DNA of 64,000 bases, taken from assembly GCA_016186795.1 (NCBI GenBank), contig JACPKY010000002.1, positions 925,892 through 989,891 of the forward strand, given 5' to 3'. Every line of letters begins with the position of its first letter. The stretch's first letter is position 1. The DNA is from Candidatus Gottesmanbacteria bacterium (lineage in GTDB: Bacteria > Patescibacteriota > Microgenomatia > 2-02-FULL-39-11). The notes under the pieces are model-generated. The model searched no databases and was not told the DNA's origin. It was given only the letters and a program-made list of their open reading frames with translations. Shown here in pieces: positions 46,973 through 56,584 of the stretch. The position numbers were made by a program, and so were the translations under genes.

Positions 46973-47455
46973 ATGGTTGCGCAAAACAGCCAACTTAGGA
47001 AAAAATTGGAAAATTCCGCTTTTACTCGGCCAAAAAAGGGCCGAGTTATTTGTTTCTGCGGCTCATTTAAGTTTTATAAGGATATGGAACGTGCCGCAAA
47101 AACACTTCGCAAATATGGGTATAAAGTTATTGTTCCTCAGCCCTCTCATATCCGCCACGGTCATAAGCCTGAAGAACTCAAAACGAAAAAATACGACAAA
47201 AAAACGCTCACCAAATGGGAAGGAGAGGGAGCATTTGCCCATCTTGAGAATATCAGAAAAAGTGATGCAGTCTACATTTTTAACAAAGGCTCCTATCTGG
47301 GACCTGCTGTGACTGTCGAAATTGGGTATTCTCTGGCATTAAAAAAGCCAATTTTTTCGAAATCAAAAATACGAGATATTACCATAACCAACTTTATTTC
47401 GAAAGTTGTCTCCCCTCAAAAATTGAGAAAGTATTTGATCAAAGAGGAGGTATAA
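46973..47455 (+). CDS. Nucleoside 2-deoxyribosyltransferase/N-glycosidase-like protein
   Basis: FCGSFKF, IRKSDAVYIFN..SYLG...TVEIGYSLALKKPI with the NDT-type catalytic Glu. Confidence 0.7.
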   Translation: MVAQNSQLRKKLENSAFTRPKKGRVICFCGSFKFYKDMERAAKTLRKYGYKVIVPQPSHIRHGHKPEELKTKKYDKKTLTKWEGEGAFAHLENIRKSDAVYIFNKGSYLGPAVTVEIGYSLALKKPIFSKSKIRDITITNFISKVVSPQKLRKYLIKEEV

Positions 47456-47462
47456 TAAAAGT

Positions 47463-48449
47463 ATGAATAGTGTTATTCATCCATTCGGAGAGCTTACAGA
47501 ACTCCACGTCCATGTAGGATCAGCAGTTGATCCTCCTATGATGTGGGAGATAGCCCATGATCAGGGGATTAAACTACCCACCAAAAATTACTGGGATTTT
47601 CGAAGTCTCATTACTGTTTCGGATGTTACAACCTACCAAAAATACCTTGATCTTTTCCACTGGACAGAGCTCATTCAATCCTCTCCAGAGGCAATGGAAA
47701 AGAGTATTTACTCGATCGCCTCAGGGGCATATCGAAAAAATAACATCACAACGTTGGAAATCCGTTTCAATCCCATGAAGAGGAATCGGGGTGGAGAACG
47801 AGATCTTGATCACATTATTCTTGCCGCAGTACACGGAATGGAGAAGGCGATGCTCGCTTTTCCCATTCGGGTTGGACTTATTTTTTGCTTCGATCGGACA
47901 TTTTCTCCAAAACTCAACGCGATTTTAGCCCAAAAAGCAATCAAATACGCTAAACGTGGTGTTGTTGGAATTGATTTGGCAGGACCAATTGATGAAAAAT
48001 TTTCTCTTGAGTCGCTCGTTCCATTGGTTTCCGATTGTAAAAACGCAGGACTTGGCGTAACAATTCATACGGGGGAGGCAACTGGAGCAGGAGAGGTAAA
48101 AAGGGTTATTGAACTTCTACAACCCTCTCGTATCGGTCATGGTGTACGATCAATTGAGGATGAAGATGTACTTAGACTTCTTTCTTCGCGTGGAATTACT
48201 CTAGAAGTGTGTCCGACATCCAATATCCATACGGCAGTTGTCAAAGATTTATTTTCCTTCAAAGAAATATTTAGGAAACTTAAGACGTTCAATGTTCCTT
48301 TTACGGTGAATACTGACGGACCTGAGATGCTTGGGACGAACCTTGTTTCTGAATACAATTTGTTACTGAAAGAAGGAATTCTGACAAAGGAGGACTTGCA
48401 TCTCGCATCGAAACAAGCAAAAAAAGCAAGTTTTATTCCCCATGAATGA
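47463..48449 (+). CDS. add: Adenosine/AMP deaminase family protein
   Basis: ELHVH, GIDLAG, TIHTGE, RIGHG, EVCPTSN, VNTDGP. Confidence 0.87.
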   Translation: MNSVIHPFGELTELHVHVGSAVDPPMMWEIAHDQGIKLPTKNYWDFRSLITVSDVTTYQKYLDLFHWTELIQSSPEAMEKSIYSIASGAYRKNNITTLEIRFNPMKRNRGGERDLDHIILAAVHGMEKAMLAFPIRVGLIFCFDRTFSPKLNAILAQKAIKYAKRGVVGIDLAGPIDEKFSLESLVPLVSDCKNAGLGVTIHTGEATGAGEVKRVIELLQPSRIGHGVRSIEDEDVLRLLSSRGITLEVCPTSNIHTAVVKDLFSFKEIFRKLKTFNVPFTVNTDGPEMLGTNLVSEYNLLLKEGILTKEDLHLASKQAKKASFIPHE

Positions 48450-49515
48450 AAATAAAATTGTGCAAAAACCGGGACTCACATTTGACGACGTACTCGTTTT
48501 ACCGAATTTTGCCCAAGTGAAGCGCCAAGATATTGATGTAAAGACACATCTCACCCAAAAGATTTCCCTTTCTATTCCTATTGTTTCTTCTCCGATGGAT
48601 ACCGTAACAACAGCCCTTCTTGCGATTTCTTTGGCAAAACTCGGAGGGATTGGTTTTTTGCATCGAAACTTAACGATTGAGCAGCAAGTCGAAGAAATAA
48701 AAATAGTAAAAGAAGGAAATCATCTGGTCGGTGCAGCTGTGGGCGTTGGGAAAGACCTCGAGGAACGAGTATCAAAACTTGCGGGAGTAAATGTCGACGC
48801 ACTCATTGTCGATAGCGCTCATGGATTTTCAAAATGGGTGATTGATGCTGTTACGTTTATTGCCCAAAAATATCCTCAGATTGAGCTTATTGGAGGCAAC
48901 ATTGCAACGAAGGAAGGAGCAGAAGCACTCATTAAAGCTGGGGCAAACGCATTACGAGTTGGTATGGGGCCTGGATCAATCTGCACAACAAGAGTTATCT
49001 CCGGTATGGGAGTACCCCAAATTACAGCAATTATGGAGGTTTACTCTGTTGCCAAAGAACATAACATCCCAATTATTGCAGATGGTGGTATTCGTTCTTC
49101 CGGGGATATTGTTAAAGCGCTTGCAGCGGGGGCTGACTGCGTCATGCTTGGTTCTCTTCTGGCAGGATCGAATGAAGCACCTGGTGAAAAAGTAACAATT
49201 GAAGGAAAAGAGTATAAACGCTATCGCGGGATGGGCTCAGTTGCGGCGATGGTAGAAGGGGGAGCAGCCCGTTACGGTCAAGAATATATAAAAGGGAAAG
49301 AGAAAAAATTAGTAGCTGAGGGTATTGAAGGTCTTGTCCCGTATAAAGGGAGTCTTGAAGATGTTATTGGTCAACTTGTCGGTGGGCTTCGAACAGGCAT
49401 GTACTATGCGGGAGTAAAAAATATTAAAGAGCTAAAAGAGAAAACACGGTTTCTCAAAATTACCCAGGCATCACTTATAGAAAGTTATCCTCATACTATA
49501 ACTATTAGAAAATAA
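48442..49515 (+). CDS. guaB: IMP dehydrogenase lacking CBS domains
   Basis: [39 protein letters not shown], flap RY, AEGIEG. Confidence 0.93.
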   Translation: MNENKIVQKPGLTFDDVLVLPNFAQVKRQDIDVKTHLTQKISLSIPIVSSPMDTVTTALLAISLAKLGGIGFLHRNLTIEQQVEEIKIVKEGNHLVGAAVGVGKDLEERVSKLAGVNVDALIVDSAHGFSKWVIDAVTFIAQKYPQIELIGGNIATKEGAEALIKAGANALRVGMGPGSICTTRVISGMGVPQITAIMEVYSVAKEHNIPIIADGGIRSSGDIVKALAAGADCVMLGSLLAGSNEAPGEKVTIEGKEYKRYRGMGSVAAMVEGGAARYGQEYIKGKEKKLVAEGIEGLVPYKGSLEDVIGQLVGGLRTGMYYAGVKNIKELKEKTRFLKITQASLIESYPHTITIRK

Positions 49516-49521
49516 ATAGCT

Positions 49522-50163
49522 ATGGTTACTACTGAGATAAGCCCGGGTGAACCTATAAATCTTTCCAAAGATTTCACAACATCCGGATATTGGGACATTT
49601 TAGAAATTGAAGAATTTATGTTCCGAGGGAAATATGAAAGAATTGGTGCAGATTGTTGGGGAGTGGGAGGTCCATGTGCGCATAGTAAGGGTGGTAAATG
49701 TGGCGAATTTGTGAGTTGTCAAGCGGCAAATAGGGCTATGATAGTAGATGATGCAGACGAAATTATTGCATGCCCATTATTTGTTGATCTGGATGAGTCA
49801 TGGAGAGGAGCGTCTTTGTTTTACGAAAAAGTAAAAAATCTAGATAGATTCCGGAATATAGACGATAAAGATAGCCGACTAAAGCATAGATTGATTGATC
49901 TTGATGGGGAGCCTCTTGAACCTGATGAAGTACTTGAAGCTGAGGATGAAAGATCGACACAGAGATTAGAATGGTATCAACCTTCTAGATTGCAAGATGC
50001 TTTACTCCTAATTGATAGACGAAGGAGAGTCAATATGAGTCGGGTAGGTGATGAGTGGGAAGATCAATCAGAATTTGAATTACCTTCTTCAAAAACAATC
50101 GAAGATCTATCATCTAGGCAGAGAGAGATTTTAATAGACTTTCGTAGAGAACATAACTTATGA
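49522..50163 (+). CDS. Hypothetical Cys-cluster protein between guaB and guaA
   Basis: 213-aa ORF with CWGVGGPCAH...KCGEFVSC...ACP; ATGA overlap with guaA. Confidence 0.65.
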   Translation: MVTTEISPGEPINLSKDFTTSGYWDILEIEEFMFRGKYERIGADCWGVGGPCAHSKGGKCGEFVSCQAANRAMIVDDADEIIACPLFVDLDESWRGASLFYEKVKNLDRFRNIDDKDSRLKHRLIDLDGEPLEPDEVLEAEDERSTQRLEWYQPSRLQDALLLIDRRRRVNMSRVGDEWEDQSEFELPSSKTIEDLSSRQREILIDFRREHNL

Positions 50164-51677
50164 TTCTAATTATTGATTTTGGTTCACAAACTACTCATCT
50201 TATTAGCCGGCGGATAAAAGATTTAGGGGTAAAAACTCACATCGTCTTACCAAATCAAGCGGTTTCTGCTATAAAGCAATACCAACCTAAAGGCATCATA
50301 CTTTCCGGAGGCCCTTCCTCTGTCTATGGGAAAGATGCCCTCCTCGTCGACAAAAAAATTTTTGATGAAAATATCCCCATTTTAGGTATTTGCTATGGTC
50401 ATGAAGTACTTGCTCATCTTTTAGGCGGAAAGGTTGAAACAGGAGTTAGAAAAGAATATGGTCCGGAAACACTCACGATCACCAAAGATACGAGTTTATT
50501 CAAAGGGCTCAATAGGCAAGAGCTTGTCTGGAATAGTCATTTCGACCGAGTCGTAGCTCCTCCAAGTGGAGCTCAAATAACTGGTTTTACTCCATCAGTT
50601 TCTGTTGCTGCATTTGCCGATGAGGAAAAGAGACTATATGGGACGATGTTTCATCCAGAATCCCACCACACTACATCCGGCAATAAAATTCTTTCTAACT
50701 TTCTTATTGATATATGTGGTGAAATACCAACAGATCAGAAAATTAATAGAGAAGAGATTGTAGGTAGTATTAAAGAAACAATTAGAGACGATTTGGCAGT
50801 TTGTGCGCTATCGGGAGGAATAGATTCGGCTGTTGCGGCAGTTCTTACCTACAAAGCTATTGGGGATAAACTTACTTGTCTTTACGTTGATACGGGTATG
50901 ATGAGACTGGATGAAACAGAGCAAATTATTGGAATGTTTAAGAAAAATTTCCAATTAAACCTGGAAGTATTGCGGGCCGAAAAAGAATTCCTGGAAGCTC
51001 TAAAAGGAATAATTGATCCTGAGGAAAAAAGGAAAACGGTCGGGCGTGTTTTTATAGAGGTTTTTGAAAGAGAAGCCAAAAAACTCGGGGCCACATTTCT
51101 CATTCAGGGAACTATTTATCCTGACGTTATTGAAAGCAAAGGTAGCCAGCATGCACAAAATATCAAATCACACCACAATGTCGGAGGGCTGCCGAAGAAA
51201 CACGGGTTCAAAATTGTTGAACCATTGAGAAATTTATATAAAGATGAGGTTCGAGAGCTGGCAAAAGAGCTTGGATTTCCTCATGAGCTTATCTGGCGTC
51301 ATGTTTTCCCAGGACCAGGTCTTGCGGTGAGGATCATCGGCGAAGTTACCAAAGAAAAATTAGATATTTTACGCAAAGCCGACGCTATCATTGTTGAAGA
51401 ACTCAAAAAGGCTGGACTCTATGAAAAAATCTGGATGGGGTTTGCTATCTTTGCGGGAATTAAAACGACCGGAGTTGCGGGAGATGAGAGAAAGTATGGG
51501 GAGACTATTGCACTTCGAGTCATCGAATCCAAAGATACCATGTCGGCAGATTGGGTCCGACTTCCATATGATCTACTCGATAAAATCTCTCATCGAATTG
51601 TGACAGAGGTGTATGAAGTTGTCCGAGTAGTGTATGACATCACCACCAAACCTCCTGCAACCATGGAGTGGGAATAA
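50160..51677 (+). CDS. guaA: GMP synthase (glutamine-hydrolysing)
   Basis: DFGSQ, GICYG, FHPE, SGGIDS, IKSHHNVGGLP, FPGPGL, KPPATMEWE. Confidence 0.98.
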   Translation: MILIIDFGSQTTHLISRRIKDLGVKTHIVLPNQAVSAIKQYQPKGIILSGGPSSVYGKDALLVDKKIFDENIPILGICYGHEVLAHLLGGKVETGVRKEYGPETLTITKDTSLFKGLNRQELVWNSHFDRVVAPPSGAQITGFTPSVSVAAFADEEKRLYGTMFHPESHHTTSGNKILSNFLIDICGEIPTDQKINREEIVGSIKETIRDDLAVCALSGGIDSAVAAVLTYKAIGDKLTCLYVDTGMMRLDETEQIIGMFKKNFQLNLEVLRAEKEFLEALKGIIDPEEKRKTVGRVFIEVFEREAKKLGATFLIQGTIYPDVIESKGSQHAQNIKSHHNVGGLPKKHGFKIVEPLRNLYKDEVRELAKELGFPHELIWRHVFPGPGLAVRIIGEVTKEKLDILRKADAIIVEELKKAGLYEKIWMGFAIFAGIKTTGVAGDERKYGETIALRVIESKDTMSADWVRLPYDLLDKISHRIVTEVYEVVRVVYDITTKPPATMEWE

Positions 51678-51725
51678 TTTGACAAAGAGGTAGTCCACTG
51701 GCAGAATAAGAAGTCCTTTCACTTT

Positions 51726-53789
51726 ATGGGAAAATTAAAGCCTACTTTGGGAAAGGAATCGCTCCACCTTCTCCGGACATTCTTTTCTATCCTTGGTTTT
51801 GTCCTTTTTTTCAATCTCTTTCTCTTTCATGCCTTTGCGGGAGTTTCATTCTCTTTTTTCTTCTTGGGATTTTTCCTATTTAGTTCCGTTGTTTTTCTTG
51901 ATGCAGTAAAGAAAGAGTTTCCCAGCAAGATAGTTGCAGGGGTACTCCTTCCCCTTGTTGTATTTTCCGTTTTGATGAATCTTCGAGCAAATGAATTTGT
52001 AAAGTTCCTACTTGGAGTGGGCATTGTGGGGATAAACGGAATGTATCTATATGGGATAAGTAGAAGTTTATCCTTTTTCCGAAGTCTTTCTGAAGCTCTT
52101 TTTTCACCAATTATACTTGCGAAAGATTATGCTATTGCGGTAGTGAAGTTGGTAATCGATGTATTAACCCCCAACTCAATGCTGTGGAGCATTTTTGCTC
52201 TTGGGAAAAAGAAAAATTTTTCGCGTTTGATTCCTTGGGGAATGGGAATTATCATTGCTGTTCCCATTTTTTTCATCCTCGTTTCCATGTTTTCATCAGC
52301 AGATCCTATTTTTTCCTCTTATGTTACCAATCTTGAAAAGTTTTTGGGAAAGTTTTTCCAAGGTGCATTCTGGCAGCGTCTATTTGCTCGTCTTATTCTT
52401 TCCGCAATTTTTGCTGCCTTTATACTTCCCTTTCTATATTTAACAGGGAGGAAAACATTTTCACCACCAGTGTCGTTTCTCTCAAGATTTTCTCTTGTAC
52501 CGCAGGCAACGGTTGTGATGGCGTTTGTATCGGTAGCCCTTGGAGTATTTCTCCTTATCCAGTGGCCGTATGTATTTATCTCTGTTCCTTTTGAGACGGA
52601 TCTTTCTCGATTTGGTGTGGCAACATATTCAGAGTACGTCAAAAAAGGATTTGGTGAGCTATTAAACGTCTCTATACTTATCTATATTTTGATTTGGATT
52701 GGGCTCATTATACGGCGCCAAACACAGAATACCGGAAGATCACTTCTTGCAATCTTGCAGCTTTTCCTCTTGGGTGAATATCTGCTATTTCTTTTTTCGA
52801 TTGCGCGCAGGATTTTTCTTTATCAAGAGTATCACGGTTGGAGTTTGGGGAGAGTCTACGGAGGATTTCTCCTTTTATGGATAATGCTTATGGCGGTCAC
52901 ACTTGCTCTTCGGCATATGTGGGTGAAAAGATGGGTGATAGTTGAAGTTACTGGATCAATTCTTATTATCATTGTCCTTGGCCTTTTTAATGCAGAACAG
53001 TTTCTTGCAACCGTACACCCTCCAACAGTCAATAAACGTGTTGATTACGTTTACCTCTCTCGACTTTCTGCCGATGGGGTAGAAGGGTGGAAGAAGGCAT
53101 TCGATCATGCAAGAGAGGTTCTCCAAAATTCATCGTATGATAATACAATTCTAATTGACAAAGAGAATAGAAGACAGATCGTCTACGCTGGTATTATTCT
53201 TCATGCCATTTCTCGGAATTACTCACTACTTATTGAAAAATTTGGTTCAGAGAATGACAAGCAGGCGTATTATAGATCACTTCTGAAGATGCTTGAAGAG
53301 CAAAATTCACTAGCAAGAGCAAGCGTTACCCCAATACGTAATCCTGTATCGATGTATCGGAACAATCGACCCCGAGATGAACTTATACGAGTACAACAAC
53401 GTATCGAAGAAGAAAAAGAGAGGGTTAGTAAAAATGATTTCTCCGGAGAATTCCTCTCCACGATTTATATTCCATCGTGGCCCCCCTATATTACATTTGA
53501 TTCACCGAATGAACAGATTATATTTTATGATTATTTTCTTCCTGATCCTTCATATACTCAATCTCTTCACGAAAGTCGAAAGCGAGATATCGTTGATCAA
53601 CTTTTTACATGGAATTATTCAGAGGTACGTGCATTCGGTGAACTGAAGGATCAATTTAGCCCGCAAGAACTTATTGACGTGCAGAAACTATTTCTAACAC
53701 TCTATCAAAAAATATATTGGCAAACGAGTGAAGAAAAGGCTTATGATAACGATATTTCATTCGACACACCGTTTCTTGAGTCACTTTAA
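51726..53789 (+). CDS. DUF4153/DUF4173-family polytopic membrane protein
   Basis: SADPIF, TYSEYVKKGFGEL, HGWSLGR, DYVYLSRLSADG. Confidence 0.8.
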   Translation: MGKLKPTLGKESLHLLRTFFSILGFVLFFNLFLFHAFAGVSFSFFFLGFFLFSSVVFLDAVKKEFPSKIVAGVLLPLVVFSVLMNLRANEFVKFLLGVGIVGINGMYLYGISRSLSFFRSLSEALFSPIILAKDYAIAVVKLVIDVLTPNSMLWSIFALGKKKNFSRLIPWGMGIIIAVPIFFILVSMFSSADPIFSSYVTNLEKFLGKFFQGAFWQRLFARLILSAIFAAFILPFLYLTGRKTFSPPVSFLSRFSLVPQATVVMAFVSVALGVFLLIQWPYVFISVPFETDLSRFGVATYSEYVKKGFGELLNVSILIYILIWIGLIIRRQTQNTGRSLLAILQLFLLGEYLLFLFSIARRIFLYQEYHGWSLGRVYGGFLLLWIMLMAVTLALRHMWVKRWVIVEVTGSILIIIVLGLFNAEQFLATVHPPTVNKRVDYVYLSRLSADGVEGWKKAFDHAREVLQNSSYDNTILIDKENRRQIVYAGIILHAISRNYSLLIEKFGSENDKQAYYRSLLKMLEEQNSLARASVTPIRNPVSMYRNNRPRDELIRVQQRIEEEKERVSKNDFSGEFLSTIYIPSWPPYITFDSPNEQIIFYDYFLPDPSYTQSLHESRKRDIVDQLFTWNYSEVRAFGELKDQFSPQELIDVQKLFLTLYQKIYWQTSEEKAYDNDISFDTPFLESL

Positions 53790-53849
53790 AAATCCTTCTT
53801 GACAGACTATTTTTAAACTTATACTATTTGGGTATCAGTTTGGTTTTTT

Positions 53850-54677
53850 ATGCTCCCTTCATTTCTTATTACATTTCGAGAAGTAATCGAAGCATCACTC
53901 ATCGTTGCAACGATTTTAGGTATTCTCGTCCGGCTCAATCAAAAAAAGGAAATAAAAACGGTGTGGTGGGCAACAGCCACTGCAGCACTCGTGAGCGTTT
54001 TCTTTTTGGGGATTGGTAGTCTTTTGGGACTTAAAATTCAAGAAATATATTCAGGAAAAACAGAAGAGTTCGTAGAGGGGATTCTTATGGTGACTTCAGC
54101 TGTATTTATAACCTGGGCTGTATTTTTCCTCCACAACTATTTTGGACGGTATAAAACAAAACTTCTCCAAAAAATTAAATCGACCGTCGAGAAAGAAGAA
54201 CAAAAAGGGCTTTTTGTACTCGTCTTTACAGCGGTTTTTCGAGAAGGTTTTGAGATAGTGCTATTTCTTTCAACGATTTTTCTCTCGACAGATCCGCAGC
54301 ATATTTTTACAGGTTTTGTGGGTGGTGTTTTCGGAGCACTTCTTATTTCCCTGGGTCTTTTTACCGCAACTCTTCGATTACCCGTCTTTTACGCATTCCG
54401 AATAACAAGTATTCTCCTCATCCTTTTTGCCGCAGGACTTCTTGCTCGAGGTATCCATGAATTTGCAGAGGTGGGGTTACTTCCTGAGATTGGCAAAATG
54501 ACGTTTGCGTTTATGCCTCCCAAGGAGACATTTGTCGGAGATATGATAAAGGCAGTATTTGGCATTACTCAGAAAATGGATGTACTGCAACTGTCAATCT
54601 ATACGACATACGTTTCATTCATGAGTTGGTACGTGTTTCTCCGAAAATCACCGCAAACCCATAATGCTACATCTTGA
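53850..54677 (+). CDS. FTR1/EfeU-family iron permease
   Basis: FREVIEA and FREGFE (RExxE) motifs, multiple TM helices. Confidence 0.9.
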   Translation: MLPSFLITFREVIEASLIVATILGILVRLNQKKEIKTVWWATATAALVSVFFLGIGSLLGLKIQEIYSGKTEEFVEGILMVTSAVFITWAVFFLHNYFGRYKTKLLQKIKSTVEKEEQKGLFVLVFTAVFREGFEIVLFLSTIFLSTDPQHIFTGFVGGVFGALLISLGLFTATLRLPVFYAFRITSILLILFAAGLLARGIHEFAEVGLLPEIGKMTFAFMPPKETFVGDMIKAVFGITQKMDVLQLSIYTTYVSFMSWYVFLRKSPQTHNATS

Positions 54678-54686
54678 CAATCTTCG

Positions 54687-55247
54687 ATGAGACTTTTTGT
54701 CGCATTGGATATTCCGGAAGATATTAAAGAAGCACTCTTTGCCTTCACCATCAAGACTTTTTCCCATGTATCCTCGTTTGTACCAACCAGGAGAGAAAAT
54801 CTCCACATAACACTTAAATTTATAGGAGATCTTGATGTTCCAAAGCGAAAGGAAAAAGAGATACTTTCCGATATTTCCAAAAGGATTGTACGGGGATGTA
54901 AAGATATTGGACCATTTCCAGTAATACTTGGACACATTGAATATTTTAAGCAACGAAAGTTTACAGTGTATTCTCGGGTTGATTCCCCACTTGTTTTACC
55001 TCGGCTTATTCGACAGTTGCGGCGGCAATTTCTTGGGGTAGGGAAAAAAGACTCACAGAGAATTTTTCCGCATGTAACAATAGGGAGATGTAGTGAACGT
55101 GGAGAGATTGGTATTGAAGAAAAAATTCGTACGGTGAAGATAGAGAGAATCGGTTTTCTTGCTAGCACAATTGTGTTGTACGAAAGCGTACTTGCGTCCT
55201 CAGGGCCTTCGTATTTTCCCAAGATAACATTTGCGTTGCCTTTTTGA
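54687..55247 (+). CDS. thpR: RNA 2',3'-cyclic phosphodiesterase (2H family)
   Basis: MRLFVAL, LHITLKFIG and PHVTIGR HxT motifs, LYES. Confidence 0.92.
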   Translation: MRLFVALDIPEDIKEALFAFTIKTFSHVSSFVPTRRENLHITLKFIGDLDVPKRKEKEILSDISKRIVRGCKDIGPFPVILGHIEYFKQRKFTVYSRVDSPLVLPRLIRQLRRQFLGVGKKDSQRIFPHVTIGRCSERGEIGIEEKIRTVKIERIGFLASTIVLYESVLASSGPSYFPKITFALPF

Positions 55248-55271
55248 TGGGTATAGAATAGACAGACCGAA

Positions 55272-55835
55272 ATGAGACGTATTGTTGCAATGGTCGTTAT
55301 TCCTCCTCTTCTGTTTCTTATCGGCGTGAAATCTCTCTCTGCCCAAGAACTACACGGACAAGCAGCAATTCCCACACCAACGCCGCAACGGGAAGAAATC
55401 CATTATATACTTCCATATCCTGGTATGCTTCCAGACAATCCACTCTATCCAATCAAAATTGTTCGCGATAGGTTATTGCTTTTTTTTACCAGAGATCCAC
55501 TTCGACGCATTGCGCTTGAAATTCACTTGAGTGATAAGTATCTTGTGATGGGAAAATCACTGGGAGATCGCCAGATGTATGATTTTGCGATTTCGACATT
55601 TTTCAAAGGGGAAATGTATCTTTCCAGTGCTGTAAAATCGTATGAAAAACTAAAACAGAATAATAATGCTCCTCCAGGACTTATTGAAAATTTGGAAACT
55701 GCGACAAAAAAACATGAGCAGGTGTTAGAAGATTTTATGTTCTCCATAACGAACCAGACGAAGAAAGATAGCCTTGAAGGTATTCTCAATAGTACCCGTG
55801 AGACAAAAGAGAAAATTATATCTTTGAAGGAATAA
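55272..55835 (+). CDS. DUF5667-like secreted helical protein
   Basis: Signal peptide; YILPYPGMLPDNPLYPIK motif. Confidence 0.72.
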   Translation: MRRIVAMVVIPPLLFLIGVKSLSAQELHGQAAIPTPTPQREEIHYILPYPGMLPDNPLYPIKIVRDRLLLFFTRDPLRRIALEIHLSDKYLVMGKSLGDRQMYDFAISTFFKGEMYLSSAVKSYEKLKQNNNAPPGLIENLETATKKHEQVLEDFMFSITNQTKKDSLEGILNSTRETKEKIISLKE

Positions 55836-55983
55836 TATCCAAAACTGGATACAATTAGTTCCCATCTGTTTTCACACGTACTCAAGTGTTTCCTCTTACT
55901 ATAATTATCTTGAAAAAAGTTATATCTTTTTTTGCATTTGAGGCTAGTTGCAAAAGTGCTATGAAGTGATATACTTTGTTCTC

Positions 55984-56036
55984 TTGACAGGGTGTATGTA
56001 GGGTCTTACTATGATTGAGGACACTATAGATAGAGT
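55984..56036 (+). promoter_or_regulatory. Sigma70 promoter with NrdR box(es) upstream of nrdR-nrdJ
   Basis: TTGACA 55984-55989, 17 bp, TACTAT 56007-56012; ACACTATAGATAGAGT 56021-56036 matches acaCwAtATaTwGtgt with 2 mismatches; degenerate second box 32 bp upstream (55989-56004). Confidence 0.72.
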
Positions 56037-56096
56037 AACAAGAGTTTCACGCTAAGGCGTGTTTTTTATGGCCAAATTACTTTCCTAAATGACGGT

Positions 56097-56543
56097 ATGA
56101 AGTGTCCTTACTGTACAGGAGCTGAGACAGAGGTTATTGAAACCCGAGATAGTGATGATCTGGGTACAACAAGGCGGAGACGTGAGTGTGCCAGTTGTTC
56201 GAAGCGATTTACAACATACGAAAGGGTTGAGACGGTGCCAATCATCGTCATGAAGAAGGATGGGAGGAAAGAGCAGTTTGATCGTGACAAGTTAAAACAT
56301 GGGGTTTTGAAAGCGTGTGAAAAAACAGTTGTTGGCATTGAAGATATCGATCGAATTGTGGATGAGGTAGAGCGGGAACTTCGAGGTTTTGACAGTGTTG
56401 AAGTGGATAGTAAAAAAATCGGACAGATGGTTGCAATGCGACTTAAGAAAATTGACAAGATTGCCTATATCCGTTTTGCGTCAGTTTTCCGGCGTTTCGT
56501 CGACCTTGAAGATTTTGAGAAGGAGTTACAGAAATTGTTATAA
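56097..56543 (+). CDS. nrdR: Transcriptional repressor NrdR
   Basis: MKCPYC, RRRRECASC..RFTTYE, ATP cone, AYIRFASVFR. Confidence 0.98.
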   Translation: MKCPYCTGAETEVIETRDSDDLGTTRRRRECASCSKRFTTYERVETVPIIVMKKDGRKEQFDRDKLKHGVLKACEKTVVGIEDIDRIVDEVERELRGFDSVEVDSKKIGQMVAMRLKKIDKIAYIRFASVFRRFVDLEDFEKELQKLL

Positions 56544-56584
56544 CAATTATAAACGTTAAAATTTTTATAAAATAAAAAAATAGT

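Noticed and set aside
46973-48449. Deaminase-based anti-phage system (RADAR/Kongming-like)
   Set aside because: No RdrA ATPase, HAM1 or SIR2 partner; coupling to guaB/guaA favours purine metabolism
48442-49515. GMP reductase instead of IMPDH
   Set aside because: The flap Arg-Tyr dyad and linkage to guaA support IMPDH
54599-55375. 258-aa minus-strand ORF
   Set aside because: Antisense to the well-supported thpR and neighbouring genes; no motifs
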